Assembly: GCF_003334355.1 (NCBI RefSeq)
Contig: NZ_QOWP01000006.1
Source: Escherichia coli
Lineage (GTDB): Bacteria > Pseudomonadota > Gammaproteobacteria > Enterobacterales > Enterobacteriaceae
Strand: one strand, 5' to 3'
DNA: 64,000 nucleotides
Part shown: positions 18,252 through 30,893 of the stretch, piece after piece
Position numbering within the stretch: the first letter of the stretch is position 1
Layout: each line of letters opens with the position of its first letter
Program-made: the position numbers and the translations under genes
Notes under the pieces: model-generated
Told to the model about the DNA's origin: nothing
Seen by the model: the letters and a program-made list of their open reading frames with translations, nothing else
Database searches by the model: none

Positions 18252-20861
18252 TTATGAGCCAGGATGTGTGCAAACTGCCGAAATAACTGTGACGGCTTGC
18301 TGTAAGCTTTGCTTCGGCAATACATAGTGCGCAATGCAGCGTGAGTTCGCGCCGTCTCCCCACTGAACCAGTAATTCACCAGACAATGGCGCACCACTTA
18401 AATAAACTTGCCCGTCATCACCCACCATACTGGTTATTCCGGTACTGTTTTCCCGTACCAGTGATCCAAACGGCACCGGTTTTCTGCCCTGGGTAACGGT
18501 AATGAGCGCCCGCACGCCTATGCGGGTATCAAAATTGGCACGAACCAACGCGCCTTGCGTCGGCACAACGCTGCTAATATTTTTTTCAACATCGATGGAA
18601 TTCCCCATCGTATTGGTATCAAGCGCGATACGGTTATACCGATAAACCGTGGCATACGGCATCACCGCATAGCCGCGCCAGTCGGTTAAAATGCCAGTTT
18701 GATTTTCAATGCGTACACCGCCTGCGCCAGGCGCTTTAATCAAAACATTGGTATCCCCTAAAGGCTGGCTCAGCGTTATGCCATTTTCATGCCCGACCAC
18801 ACCGCCAGACAGCTGCCAGTTAACGTCATGTTGATCGCGGTCGTAGTTATACCCGACCCCCAGCGTACCGTAAGCGGCCTGCCAGTTTGCCGTGGCGCTG
18901 CCCGTATACCCATTATTCGAGGTATCACCCTGGCTTACGTGATAACTCAGGTTGTGGCCTTCCAGTAAGGTCCCACCTACACCTGCCAGCCAGCTATTTT
19001 GCCCGTTGCTGTTACGGTTGGCGTTAAAGGAGGCATAAGCGCGGTCGAGCGCATTTTCCCGGGTGTAGCGACGTTTGGTCAGAACATTGAAAGGCACTGA
19101 AACATTAAGTCCGACAATACGTTCGTTATCGGGGATCCCTACAGATTCATTCCACGAAAATGAGAGTGAATAACTGATGCCAACCCAGCTGCTGGTATAC
19201 CCCACCTGATACCAGGTATCTGAATCCGAAGTATTCCAGTATTTTTGATGGGTACCAGAGATATAAAGCGAGCCAAAGTCATTAAGTGATTGTGAAATAT
19301 TTAACTGCAAACGGTCTTTACGGCTAAAGCGTAAATTGTGGTAATTCACGATTATCGGTTCATCGCGATGCTCACCGTCGTAATCGTAATCATATTCGTA
19401 CCCCTCCATTCGACGATACGCAACATCATCAAGGGTATAAAAACCTTGTGTCGAATAGCGGTAACCCATTAACTGAAAATTGGTGCCGAAGGTGTTCATC
19501 GATTTCGCATAGAGGAAGCGAATGGAATCCCCCTCATGACGACTGTCGTCGGCTAACTGACTGCGCGCATGGGTCACATCCAGCGACACTGTGCCCCAGT
19601 TCCCGAGGTTGCGCCCCAGCCCTAATAAAAAGGCGGTGTAATTGGCAGATAATTGCGTCCCGCCGTAGGCAGTAAATTCCTGTGGTAAACCGCCGAGTGC
19701 CGTACCCTGAAAAAAGAAAGGCGATGATTGCTGACTATTACCGCTACGAAAATCGCCCGCCGTCAGGTCAAATTTGAAACGCCCTTCGCGTTGTAAAATT
19801 GGCACTGTTGAATACGGAATTGTGTAATTCTGCTGATTACCATCGCGCTCGTCGATGGTGACGTCCAGATCGCCATTTGAAGATGTCGGGTGCAAATCTG
19901 TAATTTCAAAAGCGCCGGGGGAAACATAGCTTTGATAGATAATAAAACCATTTTGCCGAATCGTTAGCTGGGCCGCCGTACGGGCAATCCCACGTACTGT
20001 TGGGGCAAACCCTTGCTGGCTATCAGGATACATATTATCGGAAGAGTAAAGCCGTATACCACGAAATCCAACACCATCGAAAATATCACTTCCTGTATTG
20101 CCGTCTCCCATTACCAGTTCACTTTTCAGCGGAATAATGGCGCGCTGTACCCAGGTGCCAATATTATTCCACTGTTCTGAATGATATCCATTTCCGCGAA
20201 AATAGTTCCAGGAATCATTGTTGCGTAAACGCCACGGGCCAATATTAATCCCGCTGAGCTCACTAAAAAAATAGCTATCGTTACCATTACCTCTGTTACC
20301 GGTGAAATTATAATTCAGGAGTAAAGCAGGAATACCTTCATCCCACTCTTCAGGCGGAATGTAACCGTGAGCGCTACTCAACAACGCTATCTGAGGAATA
20401 GTGATGTTCAGGCGCATCGCTGCAAAATCAAAGTTAATTGTGGCATCAGGTACAGCTTTCAGTAAATTGATGCATTTATTGTTTTGCTGCTGGGCTAACT
20501 CGGGAAATGCACTGCTATTAAGGCTAATTCGTTCAAGGAGTACCTGGTTAAAACAGGGCATTAACCCACCTGATTTATCACCTGTATTTTCTGTTGTCGA
20601 TTCAAATACGATATCCTGTGAACCAATGAACTCATCATTACGCCAGAGATCTACCCGATACACGCCCGCAGGTTGATGATTACCTCTCTCAAAGCGCGAT
20701 AAATCAGCAACGGATGTGCCATTCTCTAATAAAAATGCCGGGTTGAAATAACTTTCCGCATAGCTTAAAAAGGAGGGTAAAATGGCAAGAGATGAATAAC
20801 AAATTCCGGCCAGACACCAGGTATACCTCTGCGGAATATCCGTAGTAGTGGGTATTTTCAT
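18252..20861 (-). CDS. sfmD: SfmD fimbrial outer-membrane usher
   Basis: 869-aa ORF, usher-sized, between chaperone and adhesin genes. Confidence 0.85.
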   Translation of the reverse strand: MKIPTTTDIPQRYTWCLAGICYSSLAILPSFLSYAESYFNPAFLLENGTSVADLSRFERGNHQPAGVYRVDLWRNDEFIGSQDIVFESTTENTGDKSGGLMPCFNQVLLERISLNSSAFPELAQQQNNKCINLLKAVPDATINFDFAAMRLNITIPQIALLSSAHGYIPPEEWDEGIPALLLNYNFTGNRGNGNDSYFFSELSGINIGPWRLRNNDSWNYFRGNGYHSEQWNNIGTWVQRAIIPLKSELVMGDGNTGSDIFDGVGFRGIRLYSSDNMYPDSQQGFAPTVRGIARTAAQLTIRQNGFIIYQSYVSPGAFEITDLHPTSSNGDLDVTIDERDGNQQNYTIPYSTVPILQREGRFKFDLTAGDFRSGNSQQSSPFFFQGTALGGLPQEFTAYGGTQLSANYTAFLLGLGRNLGNWGTVSLDVTHARSQLADDSRHEGDSIRFLYAKSMNTFGTNFQLMGYRYSTQGFYTLDDVAYRRMEGYEYDYDYDGEHRDEPIIVNYHNLRFSRKDRLQLNISQSLNDFGSLYISGTHQKYWNTSDSDTWYQVGYTSSWVGISYSLSFSWNESVGIPDNERIVGLNVSVPFNVLTKRRYTRENALDRAYASFNANRNSNGQNSWLAGVGGTLLEGHNLSYHVSQGDTSNNGYTGSATANWQAAYGTLGVGYNYDRDQHDVNWQLSGGVVGHENGITLSQPLGDTNVLIKAPGAGGVRIENQTGILTDWRGYAVMPYATVYRYNRIALDTNTMGNSIDVEKNISSVVPTQGALVRANFDTRIGVRALITVTQGRKPVPFGSLVRENSTGITSMVGDDGQVYLSGAPLSGELLVQWGDGANSRCIAHYVLPKQSLQQAVTVISAVCTHPGS

Positions 20862-20891
20862 AATTAGCTCTGATATTGTCAGATGATTCGG

Positions 20892-21584
20892 TTAGTTTAA
20901 GTTCACTTCTCTGACCGGGGTTACTGAACCATAATCATTAACGGTCTGAAATTTCAGCTTTCCCTGCACTCCTGAGGGTAAGGGAATTTGTGAATTAACT
21001 CTGGGTGCAGCCATAGCATTCCCCAACTTTTGGTTGCCCACTTGTAAGTTAACCAGAGTGACATAAAAAGGTGAGGGATTATGAACATTGATATAGTTAC
21101 CGGATCGCGAAAACTTGAGTGTGTCCGGTGCTTCTGCGGGTAATTCTTGTAATTGAATTAGACGGAGAAATAATTTCATGCGCGATAAAATCGCCAGTTG
21201 CAAAACATTCCTGCCGTTCAATGCATTTTTATCTACCGAAGGGATCGTCTTAACATTCATCCAGAACAGAGACTCACGATCTGCTGCCAGCGGTGGACCG
21301 GTGTAAATAATACGCAAGGTATTTTCGCTTTTGGGTTCACTAACAAACAGTGGCGGTGTAATGATGAATGACTTTTCTTTTACACCGCTGCTGTTTTCAA
21401 TCCACGAATTGACCAGAAAGCGCTCATTGGTATGGCTATTTCTAATCCATACCGCAGTCTGTTTAGCATCAGCGGGATAAATAATACGCGTGGCACCTAA
21501 TGCGATCCCTCCGGCAGCATGGGCGCTGGCCGAAATGATTAAATAAAATATAATGAGCATCAATAACTTTATTTTAGTCATCAT
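20892..21584 (-). CDS. sfmC: SfmC periplasmic fimbrial chaperone
   Basis: 230-aa ORF with signal peptide and PapD-like features. Confidence 0.85.
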   Translation of the reverse strand: MMTKIKLLMLIIFYLIISASAHAAGGIALGATRIIYPADAKQTAVWIRNSHTNERFLVNSWIENSSGVKEKSFIITPPLFVSEPKSENTLRIIYTGPPLAADRESLFWMNVKTIPSVDKNALNGRNVLQLAILSRMKLFLRLIQLQELPAEAPDTLKFSRSGNYINVHNPSPFYVTLVNLQVGNQKLGNAMAAPRVNSQIPLPSGVQGKLKFQTVNDYGSVTPVREVNLN

Positions 21585-21803
21585 AGTTAATACGCCTTGT
21601 GTATTCCTGACGGCAAAAATAAGAAATATAAAGAAATGATTGCTTTGGTTTCTTACAACACATCATTCCCTTTTCATTTAATAAAGCGGCATGATACAAA
21701 GTGAACATGATTTCGATTTACATTGCCACCATACCGCTTCAGACAACCGGTACATTACTTTGTTATAAGACGTGATATATAATTCAAAACAACGTGGTTT
21801 TGA

Positions 21804-22346
21804 TTATTCGTATCTCATAATAAAAGTCGCGTCAGCATTTGCTTGCCCTGCTGATGCACTTGTACCGGTGCCTTTATAACGTGCAGAAAAATGAAGAACG
21901 TTGGTCCCGGGGATCAAGTTCTGGTTGGTTGAGAAGCTATTCCCATCAGGTTTGAGAATTGCGGATGTATTATCAAGTATTTCAATACCGACACCCGTTG
22001 CTGTTGTTGTATTGGTACTGGATGCAATGGCCAATAAATTATCATTGATTGCATCAGCCTGACCAGAAAATGCAACGGCAGCATTAGCGGCAACAACAGG
22101 ATCGCAGTCGTTCAACTGAATGGTGAATGGAATTAATGCAGAGGTATTACCAACAGCATTGAAAATATCGGTACGATATTGACCGAGTGTGACAACCTGG
22201 TCTGCCGAGTCAGTATTCACTGAACAGGCAGCATTCACCAGTTCGCCTTCAAAGTGAATTGTACCGCCATCTACAACGGCAGCATAACTACCCGTAGCGG
22301 CGAATAGTGCGGCAGCCAGCGCAGACGAAATAAATCTTAATTTCAT
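21804..22346 (-). CDS. sfmA: SfmA major fimbrial subunit
   Basis: [22 protein letters not shown] signal peptide, 180 aa; start chosen inside longer ORF. Confidence 0.8.
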   Translation of the reverse strand: MKLRFISSALAAALFAATGSYAAVVDGGTIHFEGELVNAACSVNTDSADQVVTLGQYRTDIFNAVGNTSALIPFTIQLNDCDPVVAANAAVAFSGQADAINDNLLAIASSTNTTTATGVGIEILDNTSAILKPDGNSFSTNQNLIPGTNVLHFSARYKGTGTSASAGQANADATFIMRYE

Positions 22347-22826
22347 ATATATTCCTTCAATCTCATTTATCGACTCCACATCCGTATATAACCGATTACT
22401 TTATTTAAGACACTGATAGTAGTAAAATTCCTTTTTATCCTCTAAGAATGTCTTAATTGAAAATATGCACTCTATTCTAAAAAATAGAGAGCCCCGTTAG
22501 ATGAATACTTTCGCGCAAAATATATTCAACACAAATATAGACCTGAAGCGGTAAATTACCAGGCTGAAAATTCTTTTTATATTGTCAGGTATTTCTTAAA
22601 TTATCTTAATCCTTAAACAAGGAAATAAATCAGTTCCAGATTTACAACGCCATCATGGACGAAAAATGAAGCTTTCAATCTCAGCGACCTCAGCGACGGT
22701 GCGCCTCACCTTCGCAAGAGGTCGCTTCACGCGATAAATCTGAAACGAAACCTGACAGCGCGCCCCGCTTCTGACAAAATAGGCGCATCCCCTTCGACCT
22801 ACGTAACAGATGGAATCCTCTCTCTG

Positions 22827-23693
22827 ATGGCAGCAAAGATTATTGACGGTAAAACGATTGCGCAGCAGGTGCGCTCTGAAGTTGCTCAAAAAGTTCAGGC
22901 GCGTATTGCAGCCGGACTGCGGGCACCAGGACTGGCCGTTGTGCTGGTGGGTAGTAACCCTGCATCGCAAATTTATGTCGCAAGCAAACGCAAGGCTTGT
23001 GAAGAAGTCGGGTTCGTCTCCCGCTCTTATGACCTCCCGGAAACCACCAGCGAAGCGGAGCTGTTGGAGCTTATCGATGCGCTGAATGCCGACAACACCA
23101 TCGATGGCATTCTGGTTCAACTGCCGTTACCGGCGGGTATTGATAACGTCAAAGTGCTGGAACGTATTCATCCGGACAAAGACGTGGACGGTTTCCATCC
23201 TTATAACGTCGGTCGTCTGTGCCAGCGCGCGCCGCGTCTGCGTCCCTGCACCCCGCGCGGTATCGTCACGCTGCTTGAGCGTTACAACATTGATACCTTC
23301 GGCCTCAACGCCGTGGTGATTGGCGCATCGAATATCGTCGGTCGTCCAATGAGCATGGAACTGTTGCTCGCAGGTTGCACCACTACCGTGACTCACCGTT
23401 TCACTAAAAATCTGCGTCACCACGTAGAAAATGCCGATCTGTTGATCGTTGCCGTCGGCAAGCCGGGCTTTATTCCTGGTGACTGGATCAAAGAAGGCGC
23501 AATTGTGATTGATGTCGGCATCAACCGTCTGGAAAATGGCAAAGTTGTGGGCGACGTCGTGTTTGAAGACGCGGCTAAACGCGCCTCATACATTACGCCT
23601 GTTCCGGGCGGCGTTGGCCCGATGACGGTTGCCACGCTGATTGAAAACACGCTTCAGGCGTGCGTTGAATATCATGATCCACAGGGTGAGTAA
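22827..23693 (+). CDS. folD: bifunctional methylenetetrahydrofolate dehydrogenase/cyclohydrolase
   Basis: 288-aa [18 protein letters not shown]..; conserved FolD. Confidence 0.9.
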
Positions 23694-23694
23694 C

Positions 23695-23907
23695 ATGGCG
23701 ACATTTTCTTTAGGTAAACATCCGCACGTTGAGCTGTGCGATTTGCTGAAACTGGAAGGCTGGAGCGAAAGCGGCGCGCAGGCGAAAATCGCGATTTCCG
23801 AAGGCCAGGTGAAAGTCGACGGTGCGGTTGAAACGCGCAAACGCTGCAAAATCGTCGCCGGTCAGACAGTGAGTTTTGCAGGTCACAGCGTACAGGTTGT
23901 TGCCTGA
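23695..23907 (+). CDS. ybcJ: S4-like RNA-binding protein YbcJ
   Basis: 70 aa from MATFSLGKHP..; immediately after folD. Confidence 0.8.
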   Translation: MATFSLGKHPHVELCDLLKLEGWSESGAQAKIAISEGQVKVDGAVETRKRCKIVAGQTVSFAGHSVQVVA

Positions 23908-24014
23908 TCCCTTTCCCGGCCTGTATCAACAGGCCGGTTCTCTTTTCAGACTTTTGCCCTCTACGCCCCGTTCATCCATGCTGATAGCATCGACATTTTG
24001 CCGAAGCGACCATC

Positions 24015-24536
24015 ATGCCAACCGTTATTACGCACGCCGCCGTTCCCCTATGCATTGGTTTAGGGTTGGGTTCGAAAGTCATCCCTCCGCGTCTGTTATT
24101 TGCCGGAATCATCCTGGCGATGCTGCCCGACGCCGACGTATTGTCGTTTAAATTTGGCGTTGCTTACGGCAATGTTTTTGGTCATCGCGGGTTTACCCAT
24201 TCGCTGGTGTTTGCGTTTGTTGTCCCGCTGTTATGTGTGTTTATTGGACGCCGATGGTTCAGGGCTGGGCTGATTCGCTGCTGGCTGTTTTTAACCGTCT
24301 CGTTGCTATCGCACAGCTTGCTGGATTCGGTAACCACTGGCGGTAAAGGCGTTGGCTGGCTGTGGCCGTGGTCAGATGAACGCTTTTTCGCTCCCTGGCA
24401 GGTGATAAAAGTCGCGCCGTTTGCATTGTCTCGTTACACCACGCCGTACGGGCATCAGGTGATTATTTCTGAATTGATGTGGGTGTGGTTGCCGGGGATG
24501 CTACTGATGGGAATGTTGTGGTGGCGCAGACGATAA
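24015..24536 (+). CDS. ybcI: inner-membrane metal-dependent hydrolase family protein YbcI
   Basis: 173-aa hydrophobic ORF, synteny. Confidence 0.75.
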   Translation: MPTVITHAAVPLCIGLGLGSKVIPPRLLFAGIILAMLPDADVLSFKFGVAYGNVFGHRGFTHSLVFAFVVPLLCVFIGRRWFRAGLIRCWLFLTVSLLSHSLLDSVTTGGKGVGWLWPWSDERFFAPWQVIKVAPFALSRYTTPYGHQVIISELMWVWLPGMLLMGMLWWRRR

Positions 24537-24571
24537 CCGGATGCGAAAACTCGCATCCGGCAATAGCGCAA

Positions 24572-25957
24572 TTACTTACGACGCCAGGTGGTCCCTTGCG
24601 GGCCATCTTCCAGCACGATCCCCATCTCGTTAAGACGATCACGCGCCGCATCCGCCGCCGCCCAGTCTTTCGCTTTACGGGCATCCAGACGCTGTTGAAT
24701 TAACGCTTCAATCTCAGCCACTTCGCTGTCGTCTGCCTGCGCGCCGCTTTGCAGGAACGCTTCCGGTTCTTGCTCCAGCAGGCCCAATACAGCGGAAAGT
24801 TTACGCAGGTGAGATGCCATTGCATTCGCCGCTGCCATATCTTCTGCTTTCAGACGGTTTACTTCACGCGCCATATCAAACAGTACGGAATAGGCTTCCG
24901 GGGTGTTGAAATCGTCGTCCATCGCTTCAATAAAGCGCGCTTCAAACGCTTCGCCACCGGCAGGCGCAACGGTTTTATCTGTGCCGCGCAGCGCAGTGTA
25001 GAGACGCTCCAGCGCCGCACGCGCCTGCTTCAGGTTCTCTTCGCTGTAGTTCAACTGGCTGCGATAGTGGCCCGACATCAGGAAGTAACGCACGGTTTCC
25101 GCGTCGTAGTATTTCAGCACATCGCGCACGGTAAAGAAGTTACCCAGCGATTTGGACATCTTCTCGCGGTCAACCATCACCATTCCGGAGTGCATCCAGT
25201 AGTTCACATACTGACCATCATGGGCACAGGTGGACTGCGCGATTTCGTTCTCGTGGTGCGGGAACATCAGGTCTGAACCGCCGCCGTGGATATCAAAGTG
25301 GTTACCCAGCTGCTTGCAGTTCATGGCCGAACATTCAATGTGCCAGCCAGGACGACCCGCGCCCCACGGAGACGGCCAGCTCGGTTCGCCCTCTTTCGAC
25401 ATCTTCCACAGAACGAAGTCCATCGGGTTGCGTTTGTCATCAACCACGTCAACGCGCGCGCCAGCCTGCAGCTGGTCGAGATCCTGACGCGACAGCACGC
25501 CATAAGTTGGATCGGTCGGGACGTCAAACATCACGTCGCCGTTGTCCGCCACATAAGCGTGACCTTTGGCGATCAGTTGTTCAGTGAGTTCAATAATTTC
25601 TGCGATATGGTGCGTCGCGCGCGGCTCCATATCCGGGCGCAGAATGTTCAAAGCATCAAAATCTTTGTGCATTTCGGCGATCATGCGATCCACCAGCGCC
25701 ACAAAGCTTTCGCCATTTTCATTGGCGCGTTTGATGATTTTGTCGTCGATATCGGTAATGTTGCGCACATACTTCAGTTTATAGCCGAGGAAACGCAGAT
25801 AGCGCGCAACCACGTCAAAAGCAACAAAGGTACGCCCGTGACCGATATGACAGAGATCGTAAACGGTGATTCCACACACGTACATGCCGACTTCCCCGGC
25901 GTGAATAGGCTTAAATTCCTCTTTTTGGCGTGTCAGAGTATTGAAGATTTTTAGCAT
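24572..25957 (-). CDS. cysS: cysteine--tRNA ligase
   Basis: 461 aa, HIGH (CHIGHGR) and KMSKS motifs present. Confidence 0.95.
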
Positions 25958-26130
25958 CGAAGATTCCGTTTAGACATGTGTGGGTAATTGAGTTGCGTAT
26001 AATACCCATATTTCCCGCGCGAATCAGCATACATTGCGTGATGATCCGATCGTGCGGTTATGCTATAACACCACCCTATATATGACCCGAACTGGGTTGA
26101 AGCACCAATCAAACGGAACAGGATGCAAAA

Positions 26131-26625
26131 ATGGTTACTTTCCACACCAATCACGGCGATATTGTCATCAAAACTTTTGACGATAAAGCACCTGAAACAG
26201 TTAAAAACTTCCTGGACTACTGCCGCGAAGGTTTTTACAACAACACCATTTTCCACCGTGTTATCAACGGCTTTATGATTCAGGGCGGCGGTTTTGAACC
26301 GGGCATGAAACAAAAAGCCACCAAAGAACCGATCAAAAACGAAGCCAACAACGGCCTGAAAAATACCCGTGGTACGCTGGCAATGGCACGTACTCAGGCT
26401 CCGCACTCTGCAACTGCACAGTTCTTCATCAACGTGGTTGATAACGACTTCCTGAACTTCTCTGGCGAAAGCCTGCAAGGTTGGGGCTACTGCGTGTTTG
26501 CTGAAGTGGTTGACGGCATGGACGTGGTAGACAAAATCAAAGGTGTTGCAACCGGTCGTAGCGGTATGCACCAGGACGTGCCAAAAGAAGACGTTATCAT
26601 TGAAAGCGTGACCGTTAGCGAGTAA
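26131..26625 (+). CDS. ppiB: peptidyl-prolyl cis-trans isomerase B
   Basis: 164-aa cyclophilin, [16 protein letters not shown].. Confidence 0.9.
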   Translation: MVTFHTNHGDIVIKTFDDKAPETVKNFLDYCREGFYNNTIFHRVINGFMIQGGGFEPGMKQKATKEPIKNEANNGLKNTRGTLAMARTQAPHSATAQFFINVVDNDFLNFSGESLQGWGYCVFAEVVDGMDVVDKIKGVATGRSGMHQDVPKEDVIIESVTVSE

Positions 26626-26627
26626 TC

Positions 26628-27350
26628 GTGGCGACACTCTTTATTGCAGATCTTCATCTCTGCGTGGAAGAACCGGCGATCACCGCCGGTTTTCTGCGTT
26701 TTTTAGCGGGGGAAGCCCGCAAGGCCGACGCGCTGTATATTCTTGGCGATCTGTTTGAAGCATGGATTGGCGACGACGATCCCAACCCACTCCATCGCAA
26801 GATGGCGGCGGCGATCAAAGCGGTGTCCGATTCCGGCGTTCCCTGTTATTTCATTCATGGCAACCGTGATTTTCTGCTCGGCAAACGCTTTGCCCGTGAA
26901 AGTGGCATGACGTTATTGCCGGAAGAAAAGGTGCTCGAACTTTATGGTCGCCGGGTGTTGATTATGCATGGCGACACGCTGTGCACCGATGACGCGGGTT
27001 ATCAGGCTTTTCGCGCCAAGGTCCACAAACCCTGGCTGCAGACGCTATTCCTCGCCCTGCCGTTGTTTGTGCGCAAACGCATTGCCGCGCGAATGCGCGC
27101 GAACAGCAAAGAAGCCAACAGCAGTAAATCGCTGGCGATCATGGACGTTAACCAAAACGCGGTGGTCAGTGCGATGGAAAAACATCAGGTGCAATGGCTG
27201 ATCCACGGGCATACCCATCGCCCGGCGGTGCATGAACTTATCGCCAATCAGCAACCTGCTTTTCGCGTGGTACTGGGTGCCTGGCATACGGAAGGTTCAA
27301 TGGTGAAAGTCACGGCGGATGACGTTGAGCTGATTCATTTTCCGTTTTAA
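26628..27350 (+). CDS. lpxH: UDP-2,3-diacylglucosamine hydrolase
   Basis: 240 aa, calcineurin-like motifs (GDLFE, GNRD), GTG start. Confidence 0.9.
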   Translation: MATLFIADLHLCVEEPAITAGFLRFLAGEARKADALYILGDLFEAWIGDDDPNPLHRKMAAAIKAVSDSGVPCYFIHGNRDFLLGKRFARESGMTLLPEEKVLELYGRRVLIMHGDTLCTDDAGYQAFRAKVHKPWLQTLFLALPLFVRKRIAARMRANSKEANSSKSLAIMDVNQNAVVSAMEKHQVQWLIHGHTHRPAVHELIANQQPAFRVVLGAWHTEGSMVKVTADDVELIHFPF

Positions 27351-27380
27351 AAAACCCGCAACTTTGCTGATTTCACAGCC

Positions 27381-27396
27381 ACGCAACCGTTTTCCT
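27381..27396 (+). promoter_or_regulatory. PurR operator (PUR box) in purEK promoter
   Basis: ACGCAACCGTTTTCCT matches PUR box consensus ACGCAAACGTTTTCNT about 70 bp upstream of purE. Confidence 0.6.
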
Positions 27397-27467
27397 TGCT
27401 CTCTTTCCGTGCTATTCTCTGTGCCCTCTAAAGCCGAGAGTTGTGCACCACAGGAGTTTTAAGACGC

Positions 27468-27977
27468 ATGTCTTCCCGCAATAATCCGGCGCGTGTCGCC
27501 ATCGTGATGGGGTCCAAAAGCGACTGGGCTACCATGCAGTTCGCCGCCGAAATCTTCGAAATCCTGAATGTCCCGCACCACGTTGAAGTGGTTTCTGCTC
27601 ACCGCACCCCCGATAAACTGTTCAGCTTCGCCGAAAGCGCCGAAGAGAACGGTTATCAGGTGATTATTGCGGGCGCAGGCGGCGCAGCGCATCTGCCAGG
27701 CATGATTGCCGCCAAAACGCTGGTGCCGGTGCTGGGCGTGCCAGTACAGAGCGCCGCACTGAGCGGTGTCGATAGCCTCTACTCCATCGTACAAATGCCG
27801 CGCGGCATTCCGGTGGGTACGCTGGCGATTGGTAAAGCTGGCGCGGCAAACGCGGCGTTACTGGCAGCACAAATTCTTGCGACTCATGATAAAGAACTGC
27901 ACCAGCGTCTGAATGACTGGCGCAAAGCCCAGACCGACGAAGTGCTGGAAAACCCGGACCCGCGAGGTGCGGCATGA
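27468..27977 (+). CDS. purE: N5-carboxyaminoimidazole ribonucleotide mutase
   Basis: 169 aa from [20 protein letters not shown]. Confidence 0.9.
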   Translation: MSSRNNPARVAIVMGSKSDWATMQFAAEIFEILNVPHHVEVVSAHRTPDKLFSFAESAEENGYQVIIAGAGGAAHLPGMIAAKTLVPVLGVPVQSAALSGVDSLYSIVQMPRGIPVGTLAIGKAGAANAALLAAQILATHDKELHQRLNDWRKAQTDEVLENPDPRGAA

Positions 27978-29041
27978 AACAGGTTTGCGTCCTCGGTAAC
28001 GGGCAGTTAGGCCGTATGCTGCGTCAGGCAGGCGAACCGTTAGGCATTGCTGTCTGGCCAGTCGGGCTGGACGCTGAACCGGCGGCGGTGCCTTTTCAAC
28101 AAAGCGTGATTACCGCTGAGATCGAACGCTGGCCGGAAACCGCATTAACCCGCGAGCTGGCGCGCCATCCGGCCTTTGTGAACCGCGATGTGTTCCCGAT
28201 TATTGCTGACCGTCTGACTCAGAAGCAGCTTTTCGATAAGCTCCACCTGCCGACTGCACCGTGGCAGTTACTTGCCGAACGCAGCGAGTGGCCTGCGGTG
28301 TTTGATCGTTTAGGTGAGCTGGCGATTGTTAAGCGTCGCACTGGTGGCTATGACGGTCGCGGTCAATGGCGTTTACGCGCCGATGAAACCGAGCAGTTAC
28401 CGGCTGAATGCTACGGCGAATGTATTGTCGAGCAGGGCATAAACTTCTCTGGTGAAGTGTCGCTGGTTGGCGCGCGCGGCTTTGATGGCAGTACCGTGTT
28501 TTATCCGCTGACGCATAACCTGCATCAGGACGGTATTTTGCGCACCAGCGTCGCTTTCCCGCAGGCCAATGCGCAGCAGCAAGCGCAAGCCGAAGAGATG
28601 CTTTCGGCGATTATGCAGGAGCTGGGCTATGTGGGCGTGATGGCGATGGAGTGTTTTGTCACCCCGCAAGGTCTGTTGATCAACGAACTGGCACCGCGTG
28701 TGCATAACAGCGGTCACTGGACACAAAACGGTGCCAGCATCAGCCAGTTTGAGCTGCATCTGCGGGCGATTACCGATCTGCCGTTACCGCAACCAGTGGT
28801 GAATAATCCGTCGGTGATGATCAATCTGATTGGTAGCGATGCGAATTATGACTGGCTGAAATTGCCGCTGGTGCATCTGCACTGGTACGACAAAGAAGTC
28901 CGTCCGGGGCGTAAAGTGGGGCATCTGAATTTGACCGACAGCGACACATCGCGTCTGACTGCGACGCTGGAAGCCTTAATCCCGCTGCTGCCGCCGGAAT
29001 ATGCCAGCGGCGTGATTTGGGCGCAGAGTAAGTTCGGTTAA
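27974..29041 (+). CDS. purK: N5-carboxyaminoimidazole ribonucleotide synthase
   Basis: 355 aa ATP-grasp, overlaps purE stop. Confidence 0.9.
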   Translation: MKQVCVLGNGQLGRMLRQAGEPLGIAVWPVGLDAEPAAVPFQQSVITAEIERWPETALTRELARHPAFVNRDVFPIIADRLTQKQLFDKLHLPTAPWQLLAERSEWPAVFDRLGELAIVKRRTGGYDGRGQWRLRADETEQLPAECYGECIVEQGINFSGEVSLVGARGFDGSTVFYPLTHNLHQDGILRTSVAFPQANAQQQAQAEEMLSAIMQELGYVGVMAMECFVTPQGLLINELAPRVHNSGHWTQNGASISQFELHLRAITDLPLPQPVVNNPSVMINLIGSDANYDWLKLPLVHLHWYDKEVRPGRKVGHLNLTDSDTSRLTATLEALIPLLPPEYASGVIWAQSKFG

Positions 29042-29057
29042 CTGGTGCTCTATTCTT

Positions 29058-29147
<90 letters not shown>

Positions 29148-29177
29148 TGGTGCACCGATTGCTGGATGCTCTCATCA

Positions 29178-30071
29178 CTACAGCGAAATACAGGTCCCCG
29201 CTTCGCCCGCCAGCGTCTCTTCAATTCGCGATAACGCCCCAATCCACGCGGGTTTACCACAGCTTCTGACATAACCACTCACCGCCGTTACCTTCGGCCC
29301 CATCGAACCATCGGCTTTGGCAAATGGCGCTAACTCATCCGGTGTGGCATGGCGAATGGCGCGTTGCTGCGGCGTTCCCCAGTTTTCATATACCGCATCA
29401 GCATCAGTGAGGATCACCAGCCCATCGGCGTTAATCTGCTCAGCGAGCAACGCAGCAGCGAGATCTTTATCAATCACCGCTTCACTCCCTGCCCCATCTT
29501 CCGTCACAGGCACACCGCCGCCGCCACTGCAAATCACCACATGCCCCTCTTTGAGCAACAACTCGATGGCTTCGCTGTCGAGAATTTTACGCGGTTGCGG
29601 AGACGCCACCACCCGGCGCAAATATTTACCATCACGTTTCATCTGCCAGCCGTAAGCCGCTTCCAGTGCCTCTTGTTCTTCTGGCTGATAAACCGGACCA
29701 ATAAATTTCTCTGGCTGCAAAAACGCCGGATCATCAGGCGAAACCTCAATGCGCGTCAGCACCGTCGTCACGGGCGGCATCTGCGGCTGTGCGCTCAAAC
29801 TCTGCGCCAGCATATAGCCAATCATCCCCTGACTTTCTGCCACCAGCACATCCAGCGGATACGGTTCTACCTCTTTCCACGCCAGATTCTGCAATGCCAG
29901 CAGCCCCACCTGCGGCCCGTTGCCGTGAACAATCGCCAGCCGATAAGAACGGGCCAGGCGCGCCAGCGCGGGTACAGCACTGGCGATATTGCGATATTGA
30001 TTTTCTGCCGTCAGCGCCTCACCGCGCTGAAGCAAGGCATTGCCCCCAAGAGCTACAACCAGTGTTTTCAT
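29178..30071 (-). CDS. ybcF: carbamate kinase-like protein
   Basis: 297 aa, carbamate kinase family features; synteny. Confidence 0.8.
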   Translation of the reverse strand: MKTLVVALGGNALLQRGEALTAENQYRNIASAVPALARLARSYRLAIVHGNGPQVGLLALQNLAWKEVEPYPLDVLVAESQGMIGYMLAQSLSAQPQMPPVTTVLTRIEVSPDDPAFLQPEKFIGPVYQPEEQEALEAAYGWQMKRDGKYLRRVVASPQPRKILDSEAIELLLKEGHVVICSGGGGVPVTEDGAGSEAVIDKDLAAALLAEQINADGLVILTDADAVYENWGTPQQRAIRHATPDELAPFAKADGSMGPKVTAVSGYVRSCGKPAWIGALSRIEETLAGEAGTCISL

Positions 30072-30883
30072 GGTTTTCCTTGTAATAATTGTTGACCAAG
30101 CCAGAACCCCAGCAGGGTATCTGCCCCTGACGTATGCCCCAGCGCCAGCAGCGAATCAATCGCAACAGCGGTACGTTTCGGGCAACTCAGAGCATGAACA
30201 AAGTGCAGGAGTGGCGAGGCGAAATATCCTTGCGCGGCATAACGTAAATAACTGACGCTCACCGCTGTGGTAACGAGTTGCAGATTGTCGGAACAGGCAA
30301 AAAACTGGCGACCGGAGCGCGCATCTAAAGCGCCATAATACCAGGCCGCCAGCAGCATTCCGCTCAGCGTGTCATCATGACTCGGCGTTAATCCGGGGCC
30401 TTTACCCAGCCAGTGCCGCCAGTCGGTCTTAACGCCATTGAGCGCGGCCTGAAAACAGTGACGAAACTGGCGTAACTCAGCAGGCAGCGGATCGCTTGCC
30501 GCCAACGCCAGTGGCCCGAAAAGCCCGGTTTCCTCCGCGCGTTGCATCCATGCAGCTGCAAGTGGTTGAGGATGCGCAGGCGGCGTAATACGCAGCAAAC
30601 AATAACGCTGTGGCTGTTTAACCGTGAAACGCCCGAGGCGAATCCCTTGAGTCACAACCTGTGGTCGTTCATTGCCGCATAATCCACCGCATAACGCATC
30701 GAATTGCGCACGGCGAAGCATCCATCCTCCGGGGCCGAAACCACTACCCTGACGATGCAGCGTTAACAGTTCGCCGCTTTCCGTCATCAGGTTAATCGCC
30801 CGCCGCCACACTCCCGCTAACCGCCAGGACTGGCGATAATTCGGTGCGCTACTACTGGCAAGCAGAGGATGGATGATCGTCAT
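30068..30883 (-). CDS. ylbF: YlbF (DUF2877) protein
   Basis: 271 aa from [12 protein letters not shown]; start chosen inside longer track ORF. Confidence 0.7.
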   Translation of the reverse strand: MTIIHPLLASSSAPNYRQSWRLAGVWRRAINLMTESGELLTLHRQGSGFGPGGWMLRRAQFDALCGGLCGNERPQVVTQGIRLGRFTVKQPQRYCLLRITPPAHPQPLAAAWMQRAEETGLFGPLALAASDPLPAELRQFRHCFQAALNGVKTDWRHWLGKGPGLTPSHDDTLSGMLLAAWYYGALDARSGRQFFACSDNLQLVTTAVSVSYLRYAAQGYFASPLLHFVHALSCPKRTAVAIDSLLALGHTSGADTLLGFWLGQQLLQGKP

Positions 30884-30893
30884 TGCGCGTTCC

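Noticed and set aside
24537-24560. Hairpin CCGGATGCGAAAACTCGCATCCGG between ybcI and cysS as a Rho-independent terminator
   Set aside because: Perfect palindrome but no adjacent U-tract on either strand; more likely a REP-like element, so not listed as a feature
24749-25954. Several plus-strand ORFs (175 and 222 aa) within cysS
   Set aside because: Antisense to cysS, which carries clear HIGH/KMSKS motifs
29349-30095. 248-aa plus-strand ORF overlapping ybcF
   Set aside because: Antisense shadow of the carbamate kinase gene
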